A stretch of DNA of 64,000 bases, taken from NCBI GenBank assembly GCA_051362555.1, contig CM120641.1, forward strand, positions 5,766,001 through 5,830,000, in the 5' to 3' direction. Origin of the DNA: Lingula anatina. Lineage: Eukaryota > Animalia > Brachiopoda. Below are positions 48,875 to 64,000 of the stretch, one piece after another; positions within the stretch are counted from its first letter, which is position 1; every line of letters starts with the position of its first letter. The translations under genes and the position numbers were made by a program. The notes under the pieces were generated by a model. That model saw only the letters and a list, made by a program, of their open reading frames with translations, searched no databases and was not told where the DNA came from.

Positions 48875-51622
48875 ATGGCCGGAGTACACATGGTGGACCG
48901 TGTCATTAGTGTTATTAAACAAGAACCGAAAGATAGGAGAGACACGGAAATAGAAATCGTCCTGCCGTGGCTTCGGAAGAAGAGTCCTCTCTTTGAGGAT
49001 GTGGAGAAAGGTAAGGTTTAGTATAATCAGCCGGGAGGTATATTTTTCCTTATATTTATCTCACCTGTCAAGTATTTAACTTCAGGTATAGGTAAACAAT
49101 TCCTTGCGCACGTTAAGTGTTTTGTAAAACGTCAACACACGGTTTACAAATATTACCTAATGCTTGCCAAATCGTCAAATAACATTCCTGTTTTATCGAT
49201 AGTTTATGGAACCTGATAGTACTGTCTGTCAAATAATTGATGAATATTATTGTATCCTATATTTTTTATATTAAACGCATGAAACAACATCTCCTAGGTA
49301 TGTGGTTAATAAAATCTTCACTATTCCATACCTATATTGCCCAAAAGAAAAATCTTTCATGGCTGCATTAAAGAAACGAAATCGTTTATCATCAGTCTTG
49401 GTTCAAGTTGAACTGATTACATAAAAGAACATGAGAGTAAACAATATGTCTTTTAGGACGTATATTATTAAAGGAGATAAGAAGTACTTTTTTCACCAGA
49501 ATCGTGTTGTAGCTAAGGACGAAAACATAGGAAGAAAAAGAAGAAGTTGAAAATACCCTTATACTCGGGTTGTTAACAGTGTTTGATCAAACCAAAATTG
49601 GATAATAGACCGTAAAAACAAATATTAGAATGTCGACTTAATCTTCCTCCACTCATCGTGCAATGTGTGCCCGGGTGTTGTCTCGACATCATACGGTAAC
49701 TTTTGCTGACGTGTAAACTCTCATGGTTTAAAAGAGAGAATAGGCCACACCTTATCCCTTCAAAACAACGCACCCTCGGGCTGCTCCTGGCGTTAATGCC
49801 TAGGTAACTTTGTAAAGCTCAAACAGTCGGTGATATTTAATAAGGAGAGTAAATAAGAAATACAAAAACGTTTCCGCCATAATGTGAGGAGCAAACACAT
49901 CAACATCGTATGGCTTTTAAAATGTATGCATTTAATTTTATCAGGCCAGAGATTTTACAGTGAAGTCATTGATAATAATTTTGTAATTAGCATGTTCCTT
50001 TTTTCTCTACCACAGTCACTGTGTCACAGAATCGGTTCAAGGGCCGTCAACTAACTGCTAGAATTGCTATAAGGCAGAGCAACGGTTTTATATATTCCAG
50101 TTCTAGGACACATAAATCTCATTCTATCCTAGCATAAGTGCAACACATGTTATTTTAATATTAAAATATTGAATTTTTGCGACAAAATATTGCTATTGTT
50201 TTGGCTTAAGAAAACATTTCCCTCTGCCAGGACATTTTCATTCACACAACAGGCTCTTTTCTCTTTCTCTTTTCATATGATAGCCAAAAGAATACTTATC
50301 ATTCATCTAATGGGAATTCTCCTTCTTTTCTTGAATTCTCGAGTTCAATATAACATTCAATATCTTAATGATAGAGACATGACAAGACAATTAACCTGAC
50401 CCATGCCACTTAGATAGATTTAAATAATTGTTATCATTTCTTTTCAGGGGTACTGATGGAGATTGTAAGACGCTGTGAACACCAATTCTGTGTCCGGGAT
50501 GATGTCATCATTACTCAAGGAGAAATCGGAGACAGGTATATTTATGGCGTTCTTGTGTTATGAAAGACTTGCGGTCATTCAGTGTGCTAATTAAGAAAAC
50601 TCCATTAGGCACATTTTAAAAGATAAACAAAACTTAACTAATTAGTGCATCAACGAATAATAAAAATCGAACGGAATCTGCAAAGTTGGTAGGTAACACA
50701 TGGAATGCAAATTTCAGTCCAGTTAGAAATTTATAATTTAGTTAATAGTATGAAAGAAACGAAGTTACTGAAAGACGTGACACTCATCTTGTTCATAAGA
50801 CCCATTAACTAGAAATACTGTATGCAGACTTTCTTTTAAAGTGACAGAAAGAAATCCCATAAACGAATCTTAAACAAAAAAATTGGGGGGTAATTGGTCT
50901 GTGGATGGTAAATATCATTACTGGAAAATGGTTGAAGTGTTTTTTTTTTACATTTTTTAATTCCTCACGTCCCGTTAACAATCTGTTTATCTAATTAAAA
51001 GACGAGATGAGATTATGTCAAGGTATATGATGCTCAATGCAAGGTCATAATTGCATAACATCAAGCGATCGCTATTAGTGTTTGATGAAGGTGGAGAACC
51101 GATCAATCATGATCAAAGGGGGCTCAATTAAGTGTACATTACACAATTCACCTGAATTAAACCATGGTGCCGTATTTTTTCGATGTCTCAATTTTATATT
51201 TACCCTGCTATCAGTTGTATGACAGCATTAAGTTTGATATTTATATTACCAATAAGATTTGTTTACGGAGTGTCATATCTTAAGCCGATTTTAATAACAG
51301 TGGTTGGTGGATATCACCGTGCACAGAATCGTGCTAATGCTGATTTTGGCGATTATTTTAACAATGACGTACGAAGAAAAGACTATGTATGTACATAAAA
51401 AATCCACAGACCGAATAAAAGATATCTCCTTAATGTATACTATCCTATCCTAACCTATCTACAGTATGAATCGAATCACTATCGAGAAAAAGTAATTTTC
51501 TCATACTCACAAATCATAGCTCGACTCGTCTCTGAACTTGGATTCAATGTTTTATGCCATTTGTAGTTTAATAATTTAGTTTTAAACCTTTTAAACCTGC
51601 CTTTTAGACTGCCATGTCTTCC

Positions 51623-51693
<71 letters not shown>

Positions 51694-54600
51694 ACACCAG
51701 GTACTTTTATTTGAGGGGTTAAATCGTTTAAAAGATCTGAATTGAGAAAGTTAAGTACATGTAGCTTAGAAAATGTGACTTCGGGGCATTTTAAAAATTT
51801 TAAAATTGGATATATATGCCAGTAGGATCAGCTGATTACTTAGGATGATACAGGGAATTATCGATGTGTTTCCAAACCTGTTCCCGAACTTGACAATAAT
51901 GTAGGCCTACTTTAAGTATCATTTTATCCTTCTATCACGAACGGAAAAGAAGCCAACAGACAATGAATACAATCTCCATTTTTTAACATCAATACAGCTT
52001 TACGCTGCATCGGTTTTATTGAATGTAGGCCTACTCGAGTTATTCAAAAAACTCTATACATTCTTACATCATGGCCGACGAGACTTATTTTTCTGTGTAT
52101 TTTTTAAAGGTTTTACATCACTCTTACTGGTTCTACAGCAGTGTACATCGATACTACAAAGTCAGATGACGACCCTCCACCGGCGAAGGTTGAAGAATCC
52201 AAGAGTCTCCTGGAACAGATGGACGATCTTCTGGGCAAAAACAAAGAGAAGAAAAAGAAGAAACTTGATAGGTCAAAATTTGGGCGTTTCATTATTAATT
52301 TCCGTAAGTCGCCTTTTTTGAAAGATGGTAGTTTTTTTAACTTTGTGTTATCAATCTTTTTATTTTAGTAATATGCCTTTTTGGTTTAAAAAGTGATAAG
52401 TATACATGGAAATGCATTCAATAAATCAATATTATCAGCTATTAGTTATTTTAATGAAGGAGTGCCAAGTGACACTTACGTGATCGGGCCCTGGTGAAAG
52501 TAGAGTCAGCAAATATTTGCCCAACCCTGAACTACATAATTTGCTACATAAATTAAAAAAGTGTTTAAAAATACTCCAAAAATCATCCTTACTACGATAC
52601 ATAACCTATTGTTATACTCCATTGTGCAGGAGTCGTCTGCAGGTCTTTATTCAATTTAAACTGGTATCAGATACCAAGACACCGAAGAAGATTCCCCTAT
52701 CTCGTCGCCATGGTGCTTGTAAACCTTGCGGTATTCTTAACACTGGAGGCTTATGCAGATAATACCCATGTTTATACCGCGTTCAACAACGTTCCCATTC
52801 CCCGTCTTGGAACGTGTTTGATATACAAGAACACCGTCCACTTTGTCCTCCACTAATTAGCTTTCTTTTCTTTATGAAGCGGCGGGGAAAAGCTTTGGCG
52901 AAGTTGCCCTGATGACGGAAGATTCGGTCAGAAATGCTACCATCATAGCAGACGAAAACACGGACCTTCTTGTGATATCTAAGGAGCTGTTTGACAGCAC
53001 GCTCAAGGTAAGACTGGAGGTGTTGAGCAAATAAAAACACCTGAATTAACTTCTAAAACGCCTGTGATACATTAATCAATCTTGAAATTTGATAACAAAA
53101 AATGGAGATGATATGTGCTACTGTCTAGAGAAGTGAGGTTTTGCTTTTATCAGTTCCAAAATAAAATTATCTTTTAAAATTTACCATTGGTGAAAATAAG
53201 TTGACACGTTTTCGTTCGCGGAATAATGTGACAAAGTTTCGTTTCTGACAAGAAAAATCGAAAAGCACTTCATTATTTCAAGGCAAAACTGAAAAGTATT
53301 GACACGCACGCAAGAGCGTTGAATTTCATACCCGTATCTTTATTCCAGCATCAAGTTTGTTCTTTCTAAGGGGAGGTCAAAGAGACAATCAATCTACATT
53401 CCCCTTAATTAATGAAATCGATCCTGGGTCATCTTGACTGAACTCTATTCTCAATATTGATCGCACTGTTTTGTAACAGTCATACCAATATCATCACCAA
53501 TCAATGACGAATAATGTTAATGGGTATTTTAAGTTTCATGTAGGGAGTGTCTGATGTTTATGCAAATAGTTTTATGAAATATACCGCTGTCCTTCATTCA
53601 TAGCTTTTCTTTGGTTCCAGCAGGTTATTCACACGGCCTGGTCATTTCCTTTTATTTCAGGCGAAAAAAGAAGAAGAATACAGAGAAATCCGAGAATTTA
53701 TTGACAACAGTGTGTTGTTCAAATCATGGAGCCCAAAATTTAAACGTCTCTTGGAGATGAGTTTACGGAAGGAGAAATACGCGTACGACTCCGTTATCAC
53801 CAACCAGGGTGAAACCATGTTTGGCATTATTTTCATAATAAGGTATATGCGTTGACATAAATGCCAAAATTGTTTAAAACCAGGTTAAAACAGACGCAAC
53901 TTAAACGGGTGCATGTTTAATATATCCGTACACTTGCTAGGAAATACACTGATCAGCATTTTTTCTTTAAGCGTAAACAATTGGCAAATCAAATGAAATA
54001 AACCCTGTTGCTGTAAACACAGACGACACGTTGGTTACAATTTTAATTTCTTTATCCAGTAAATCGACTTTCCTCTTTACCTGACAGCACCATTATAGAT
54101 AAGTGCTAAAGCATCCTCGTTAAGCCTCCTAAATATAGCAACTGAAAAGTCTCTATCAAAAGAGAATATTTACCTCTCTAGTCTCCACAAACTTATGAAG
54201 TCTGTTTCACACATTCCTTTTTGACTGCGATTAGATGTAATTTGCTGATAGAAAAATATATTTTTGTGATGATTTTAGGGGGCAGGTAACATTAATCACA
54301 AAGCCGGGCCTCCATGAAGCAAGCTACTACAAATTGTTTCGGAAAAAGAACCATTTGATTGAAGCAGGAATTATACCGTAAGTGTAATGTTAATTATTAG
54401 AATTATTTTAATTTAGCCAGTCATATTCTTTCTGTCGTCACATTTTTCTCTTCCAGGATAGTCAGTATGTTTTTTTACCATTTTCTTTATTCATATCACT
54501 CATACATTGCACAGTATATAAGAATCAATTACATTAGCAATTTCTGCTTTTTAGAAAGCAGAATCTTGGGGCAAATAGTGCAAATTGAGCCTTATACAAA

Positions 54601-56684
54601 ATCCTCTATTTAAAAAATCAGAATACTTGTCTACAAACCTTAAACAACTTTTATCATCCTGGTACCATAATTTGTTTTAGTGACACAGACAAAGATGAAC
54701 CAAAGGTTATAGAAAATGTCACTCAGGACCAAATACGCGTGCGCAGGAAAGAAGGCTATGCTGCCGCAGAGAGAAGAATAAACACCAAAACTGTAGATCT
54801 GTGTTTTCTTGGACAAGGGGAAATGATAGGTAGGAGGTTAATTAACACAATATATTTAATTTTCGACATGGTTGTATCACATAGTTTCTTTTAGGAAGGT
54901 CTCTTATTTATGTGCCATTGACAGGCATTGACGCCTTGCTTTAAAATTCTTCTCAATAAATGTGGATGAACCAAAATAAAGTCCTCATAGTCACAAAAGA
55001 TAAGAAATTGGTTATGACTATATGTTTAAAGTGCATTTATTGCAGCAATTCTCATTCATGTCTCCACTTTTTTTCAGGTGACATTGAACTCGTAATGAAC
55101 ATGAGCACCTTCTTTGGGACAGCTAAGTGCAATTCGGACGTTCATGCATTTATACTAGATCTGAAAAACTATGACAGATTAGTCGGCAAGAAAAATCCAT
55201 TTACTCACGAAGTGCTCAAAAAAATCGTAGAGCACAAGGTGAAATGTCGACTATCGTCATCCCAGGGCAGCCAGCTTCCTCTTCTAAAATTCATTGAAGC
55301 GAAAATCGAAGAAGATAAACCAAAGATTACCCTGGTCGGAGATGAGTCGGAGGAAGAAAAGAAAAGAAAATTATTCATGAAGCAGTTGGTCGGTTTGTTC
55401 ATTGAAGGAAAAGTTCCATTAATAGAGCCTAGTGTACCAGACTCTGTGTACTACAGGCATAAATCGAAAGTGAAACTCAAAGAGCGTGAAAGAGACCAAG
55501 CAGTAAAAAGAGCTAATAAGCAATCTTCCAGGTTCAATGACGCTGATACTCGTTTATCGCGTGCACGGATGCCCCGTCGTCGCGTGAGGAGCAGACGAGA
55601 GTTGGAGCAAATGAAAATAGAGCCACCGAGTATAGTGAGTCAAGTTCGAGAAGCTAACGAGAGAATGCGAGCGCTTGGGTCGGGTACCACACCGGCTGCT
55701 ACTGCTATCAGCAATGTCGGCAATCAACAAAAGACTGTTGCATGGGGTGAGGGCACGAAATCTGATAATGGACCAAAATCAGGAAAAGGGTTTTTCTTGA
55801 CTACCCCAAATAATGACGACAATGACTCTGTAGCATCTGGATCCATGGAGAACGCATGGCGCGAAATAGACAATTACCAGCGCAGACGATCCTCTCTAAA
55901 GATGGTTTGCTCAAGCCCTGATCGGAGCAAGGAAAACACTAGTTCTGTGGCGCTGCTCAAGGCTACACAATTAAATGGTAACGCCAGCAGCGAAGGGGAA
56001 GATGATTATTTTGACTATGAAACTAGTGGGCATATTTTAAGTTCTCTCGAGGAGAGACTGAAGAATTTCTACAACAAGCAGGAGGAACACAAGAGAAATG
56101 TTGCCCGCGTTACGGAGCTGCGAAGATTTGAGATTAAGGTATATTTTTTAAGATGTTAAAAACGTTAAAATTATGCGATGGTTTGTTCCTCATTGTTGGT
56201 CCCCAGCAATTAATTACATTTCTTTTATTGCGATCATAATATAGGTGATTTCAGATATTATTAATCCATTTGATTAGAATAATGGTAATGTGATAAATTA
56301 AAAACTTAAAAATGCATTTCAACAAAAACCATTGGTATTTGTTTTGGTACATTTAAGGAGGCTAAAACAATCCCCATCCCTGGTGGTACGGTGTACGTAC
56401 GTACAAAGCCGTGCAAGTATCCCAGAGGCGTTCACGTGGATCCACAGCATCACCAGCACGTGCGACGCCACATCATAGCAAAGAGACCGGTCACTGCTGG
56501 GGCTCCGCCAATGCTTCCGCTACCGCCAGGCACTGCAGCGCCCCCTTCCCGCACCGCTACGGCACTGGGAGTTTCTCATGACAACCGACCGGCATCAAGT
56601 CTTGGTGGGCGTGACCATTCCTTAGCTCCACCTAGCGGAGGTTACAAGCCTAGACCACATACTGCATTAGCCAGAGTTCATTAG
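48875..56684 (+). CDS. Cyclic nucleotide-binding domain-containing protein (CNBD2-like), ~787 aa, 9 coding exons
   Basis: Start context is GCCCACCATGG. Exons 48875-49010, 50448-50535, 52110-52303, 52880-53007, 53661-53842, 54279-54377, 54681-54829, 55078-56138 and 56358-56684 are all phase-compatible. cNMP domain 1: IITQGEIGDRFYI..GKSFGEVAL..RNATIIA. Degenerate domain 2: ITNQGE..FIIRGQV..GQGEMIGDIE. A long low-complexity C-terminus follows. Confidence 0.85.
51628..51690. repeat. (TA)n microsatellite
   Basis: Direct reading. Confidence 0.95.
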
Positions 56685-57608
56685 AGAACTTCCATCGTTG
56701 TCCAGAACTATACAGAAGCCTATAAATGTATACCAATACAGAACTTATCAGGATATAAAAATACTCTACCTCTCCATATATGGCTCATTTTTAACTTAAC
56801 AATTAAGGATTTTATAAAGTTTACTGTTTGAGGGCCTTCTGATCCCTGAAATAATGTGATAATAGCAATGTGTCAAATTATGGTGCCTTTTCTAAGCTTT
56901 CTAATTACAATTTTTTTTGACACCATCTTCCACCTAGATCATTTACAATGAAAATTTAGATGCTATGTGTTTTAACAACTGTCATTTTCTGCTACAGATA
57001 TACAAGTCACTTAATGAAAAAGAAAGTTTATTTTAGACTCTATAGGCAACATAAAATTTACAGGTTTGTGAAACACTGATAGTTATATATACAATGGGCA
57101 CTGTATTTTTGCACCAATCATTTTTTTATATTTCAATAAAAATTTGCATAACTGTTTCCTTAAAATAGACCAAAGCTTTCAATGGTATTCTCACACTACA
57201 TATACCTGGAAAATCAATTCTATATTTTAATACTATTGGCTAAATATTAACAAAAAGTGATATACTCTTACATAGAATAATTGCACATTTTCATCTTCCA
57301 TAAAGAAAGATTTTCTCATTCAAACTGTCAGGAAAAAAGCAGCAACCTTCTGCTGCAATGATATCAAAAAGAATTTCAAGATCTGTTCTAGTTCCAACTC
57401 TGCCAGATGTTTCTTTTGTCTGTCAATCTAATATATGACACAACACCAAAGTAAATATGTCAATCCATTTGCAGTTATTAACATTTTCTCCATTCAGGAC
57501 CCATCCCCATGATTCCTTTTCAAAGGTGTAGATTAAAACTGCATGACTTCCAATTTGAAATCGCTTTCCATTGACATCTTAGAAAGTTTAATGTCTTTGG
57601 AGTCCTAT

Positions 57609-60434
<2,826 letters not shown>

Positions 60435-61140
60435 TGCTAGTGAAAAAAGTTAAAAAGCGGTTTTAATAAATTTTAGTCAAACAGGTAAGTTGCCATATGT
60501 GTCTATGCATAAACCCTTAGACCCAGAAAATGACCTCCGTCTGCCCCTATGAAGAATTTGAGATACCAAACCAGGGCAGAATCTGCATGTTTATATTGTA
60601 TTTGTTCAAAAGGCATTCACCAATTATGTACCAGTGTTTGAATTGTGTTTTACGCAACTCAAATTTTGGCAATCCAGAAACACGGGGGAGGTAGCACACG
60701 AGGAACACCTTACCCAATAACTTATCTGGAATTCCTCACTTAATCAGTTCACGCAAAATCTAAACTCTTGCATTTCCATAAAAAAGAGCAGTAATCCACC
60801 AAAACGATCCATATCTTTGTCAGTATTTTATACTAAGGACGACAGAATGATGTGAGTCTCACTTCAGACATCCCTATTTTGCAACCATATACTGCGATAT
60901 ACTGAAGTTATACAACAAATGTCGACATGCAAGCTGATGCATGCAGAATTTTGAAAAAAAAAAAAAAAACAACCTAAGCCTGTGGTGCTATCTAAAGCAC
61001 CATAATAACCATTAACGGTGGAAAATAGTTAAATAACAGGTATGATTATTTCCTTGAGCTTAAGTTTGTAAAATAAACAAAAACATTTGTGAAAACCAAC
61101 CTAACTTGGTGTTTGTCAGATCCGTACTAAACCGAGTTAA

Positions 61141-61357
61141 CCCGCCAATAGAGTGACGTCATGAAACCTCGTATCTGTTTCTCCTCATTTAAAAGTTTTT
61201 GAAATATTGTTCTTTTGTTTTTCTGCACAAAACACGTCAAATTTTAAGGTGTATTTTAAGGCAATTATTCCTATTCCTATATGGATTTTTAAAACTAAAT
61301 TAATGTTTTAATTTTCACATAAAATGCCTTCAGTGCGGGATGAAATAAAGATGGCAG
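61141..61357. promoter_or_regulatory. Putative bidirectional promoter between RAD51 and SHQ1
   Basis: The divergent start codons are 1.44 kb apart. Motifs: E2F-like/CCAAT CCCGCCAAT (61141-61149), CRE palindrome TGACGTCA (61154-61161) and YY1-like AAGATGGC (61348-61355). Confidence 0.5.
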
Positions 61358-61877
61358 CGCCCTGGAAGTGAATCATTACCCCTGAGTGAATCTGGGTGAA
61401 TGCGCTGGTCTGCATTAACTTACAATTTATATGTTTGCCATAAGAAGTGATAACGATTACAGCCAGAAACCCATTGAGAGTACACACCACGGCGTTTGGT
61501 TTATTTAATGTCACTTGCAGGTATATTTAAGTAACCCTGGAGTGTAAATCACACCAACACGTTACAACCAACGACATTGTTTATGTATTGTAGCATTTGG
61601 TTGGTAGTACTTACATGTATATGTTCCATAGACTACACAAATAATGATAGTCTTACAAGATTGTGAAAATTTTAGAGATGTGCAACAACAAAAATTAGAG
61701 TAGACTAGCTGGTTAAAAACCATCCTTATGGACACAGCTAGGATATTATTTAATGTCAAAAGATGCATTTAAGATTGAATAATTTGTAACTTAGAAGATT
61801 TACAAGACTTAAATAGTGTATTAAACTGTTCTTATGGCGATGAATTTATTTATCTTTCTGATTTTTAGTCTGTCAAC

Positions 61878-63620
61878 ATGCTGACTCCTGCTTTTGAGCT
61901 GTCACAGGATGAAACTTTCCTCATACTTATTGTGAGAGTCCCATTTGCCAAAGTCTCAGAAACTGAAATTTTCATCGAAGAAAATGAAGTTAAATTTTAT
62001 TCTCAACCTTATTATCTGCGTCTCACCTTACCTGGCAATGTTGTAGAGGATGGTCGGGAAACTGCTCAGTATGAGGCTGAATCTAGCTCCTTCACCATCA
62101 GGATTCCAAAAGAAGTCCCAGGCCAGTGGTTTGAGGGTCTGGATATGTTAACCAAGCTTCTTGCACCAAAGGGAGAAAGCAGTGCTAGTCTCCCAGCCAT
62201 GGAAGTTTTGGGAGAAGACATATCAGCTTCTGGTGATGATACATTGGATGATGCGACCATGTTTGAAGATTTTGACTGGCAGTATCCCCAAAAACCTTTT
62301 GTTGAAGGAGGTGTTTGCCTAAATGGGCCAACATATGGATTTGCAAATAGGAGACAAGGTATATTCAAGAGACTTCAGGAGGAAATGCTGGTTATTGTTG
62401 ATCTGAGAGATCCTGATTCTGTCCCAGTGAATGAAAGATCAAAATTGATGACTTCTTCAGAGAAAGCACATTTTGATGAGAATCACTATCTTTTTGATTT
62501 ATTTCAAAATGATGATCAGCTGACACCCATTTTATCATACCGGCCTGTCTGGTACAAAGATGAATCAGAGCTCCCTGTGGAGTTCACTGAAGAAGAAAAA
62601 GAGAGAATGAAGCAGCTTCCAAGGAAGCAATATTTGTTAGACAAAACTGAACTTGTGCAAGTTCTTTTGGCCCTAATAGATATTATCTATGCATTTGCTT
62701 ATAATCATAGAACAACAGAAGGAGAAAGCACAGTGGAGTCAGCCTGGACCATCAGAAAAATCAGTAGTACCTTGTCTTGGTTGGGAGTGCACCAAAGTAT
62801 TCAAAACACTGTGTTGACAAGTTTTAGAAGAAGTTTGTGTTTTCCACTGTTTAGAAACTGGGATCTAAGCCGTAAAGTCCTAAAGGACACACTGATGATA
62901 TTCAAGAGTGGCAGAAATAGGATACTAAAATGCCTTCTGGAAATTCACAAAATTTTTGCTAATAGTGACTTGTGTTACATTTTAAATGATTTGTACATCA
63001 CTGACTATTGTGTTTGGGTACAATCTGTAAGTGAAAAACAAATAGCTTCTGTATTTCATTCTTTAAAGGAAATCAAGGTGAACAAGAGTGACGTTGACTT
63101 GGATTTGGTAGAGCTTGAGCAGGCTGCCAAAATGGTCCAAGAAGAAGAAGAGGAGGAGGAAAGTGATGGTTTGGCCCAGGGGCTGGCACAGGTGTCTTTA
63201 AATGCCAGTTCATCTGGCAGGTTATCCAGTCCTGAGAATGACCAAGAAAGCTCTAGTTTAGAGGAGTCGGATACCACTGAGATAGGCAGTGATGAAAGTG
63301 AAAGTGAAAGTGTCAGCAGTGCAGTAGTAAGCAATGATGAATCAGACTCTGTAAATATTAACTCACATGCCTCTAAAAAAGCCATGCTTTCTGTAAAACT
63401 TCCTGAAAATATGGCAGTTTTCACTCCAATGAGTATTGGAACCAATCCTTGCAGCAAGCAAGACCAATCTGAGGTGTCTGGTACAGGACACAGTTCAAAG
63501 TCTGTACTTGAGGTTTTAACCAGCATCTGTCCAGCTGGATCAAGTAGTGAAGATGAAGTTTATGTTGGTGTTGTTCAGGAAAGTGAACCAAAGAGAACAC
63601 CACTTATTGAAGAGATTTAA
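61878..63620 (+). CDS. SHQ1: SHQ1, H/ACA ribonucleoprotein assembly factor, 580 aa, single coding exon
   Basis: N-terminal CS domain MLTPAFELSQD..PYYLRLTLPG, F.GLDMLTKLL, YGFAN, SHQ1 domain (AYNHRTTEGESTVESAWTIRKIS, RRSLCFPLFRNW, YILNDLYITDYCVWVQ), acidic tail ending PLIEEI. An acceptor just before the ATG (61867-61868) suggests a 5'-UTR intron. Confidence 0.95.
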   Translation: MLTPAFELSQDETFLILIVRVPFAKVSETEIFIEENEVKFYSQPYYLRLTLPGNVVEDGRETAQYEAESSSFTIRIPKEVPGQWFEGLDMLTKLLAPKGESSASLPAMEVLGEDISASGDDTLDDATMFEDFDWQYPQKPFVEGGVCLNGPTYGFANRRQGIFKRLQEEMLVIVDLRDPDSVPVNERSKLMTSSEKAHFDENHYLFDLFQNDDQLTPILSYRPVWYKDESELPVEFTEEEKERMKQLPRKQYLLDKTELVQVLLALIDIIYAFAYNHRTTEGESTVESAWTIRKISSTLSWLGVHQSIQNTVLTSFRRSLCFPLFRNWDLSRKVLKDTLMIFKSGRNRILKCLLEIHKIFANSDLCYILNDLYITDYCVWVQSVSEKQIASVFHSLKEIKVNKSDVDLDLVELEQAAKMVQEEEEEEESDGLAQGLAQVSLNASSSGRLSSPENDQESSSLEESDTTEIGSDESESESVSSAVVSNDESDSVNINSHASKKAMLSVKLPENMAVFTPMSIGTNPCSKQDQSEVSGTGHSSKSVLEVLTSICPAGSSSEDEVYVGVVQESEPKRTPLIEEI

Positions 63621-64000
63621 TTAGCAATAATATATTTATGCCTCATAGTGCTGAACTCTATTCATCTAGCTAATCCATTTAAATGATAGTAGAATCATGT
63701 GCTTACAAGTGGCATTTTGGTCTATCATGTAAAATGTTATTAAAACATGAACAGTGCATTGTTTGCAAACAATACATAAATAGCACATGTATACAAATAT
63801 GGTGTAAATTATGTGCCATATACAAAAAGTTATTTTAAAATTACATTCGTTTCTATGTGAAAACAATTCATTCAAATCCATAACATAGCTGTTTACATGG
63901 ATGTTTTGAGGGACACCTGCTGTGTATCTTGCTGAAGCATGTTAATTTTGTTACAAATAGTTAATTTCATATTAAAATGAGGATGATGTTTACATGCAAA

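Noticed and set aside
62066-63603. Antisense ORFs over SHQ1, and similar ones over the caspase, LINE and CNBD exons
   Set aside because: Shadow frames of real coding sequence.

Overview
AT-rich, intron-containing animal genomic DNA. The transposon types suggest a marine invertebrate, probably lophotrochozoan (inference only). Six protein-coding genes could be rebuilt by hand from splice sites and reading phase: COX18-like (-), an effector caspase (+), a FABP (-), a CNBD2-like cyclic-nucleotide-binding protein (+), RAD51 (-) and SHQ1 (+, single coding exon). The FABP appears nested in a 15-kb caspase intron, and the caspase's predicted first coding exon lies inside COX18's 5' intron. Mobile DNA includes an Academ-like element with long terminal inverted repeats (TIRs) enclosing a decayed Tc1 transposase, two ~3-kb Helentron-type (HINE) elements bracketing the caspase core exons, several MITEs, and a 5'-truncated CR1/L2-group LINE with an open RT frame. 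The most unusual feature is a near-identical tandem array at ~38.1-46.2 kb (1.55-kb and 1.12-kb units). Each full unit carries two adjacent candidate RNA polymerase III genes with A box, B box, oligo-T terminator and paired ends: a ~96-nt vault-RNA-like RNA and a ~200-nt structured RNA with a tRNA-like module. All calls come from manual reading; no searches or folding programs were run.
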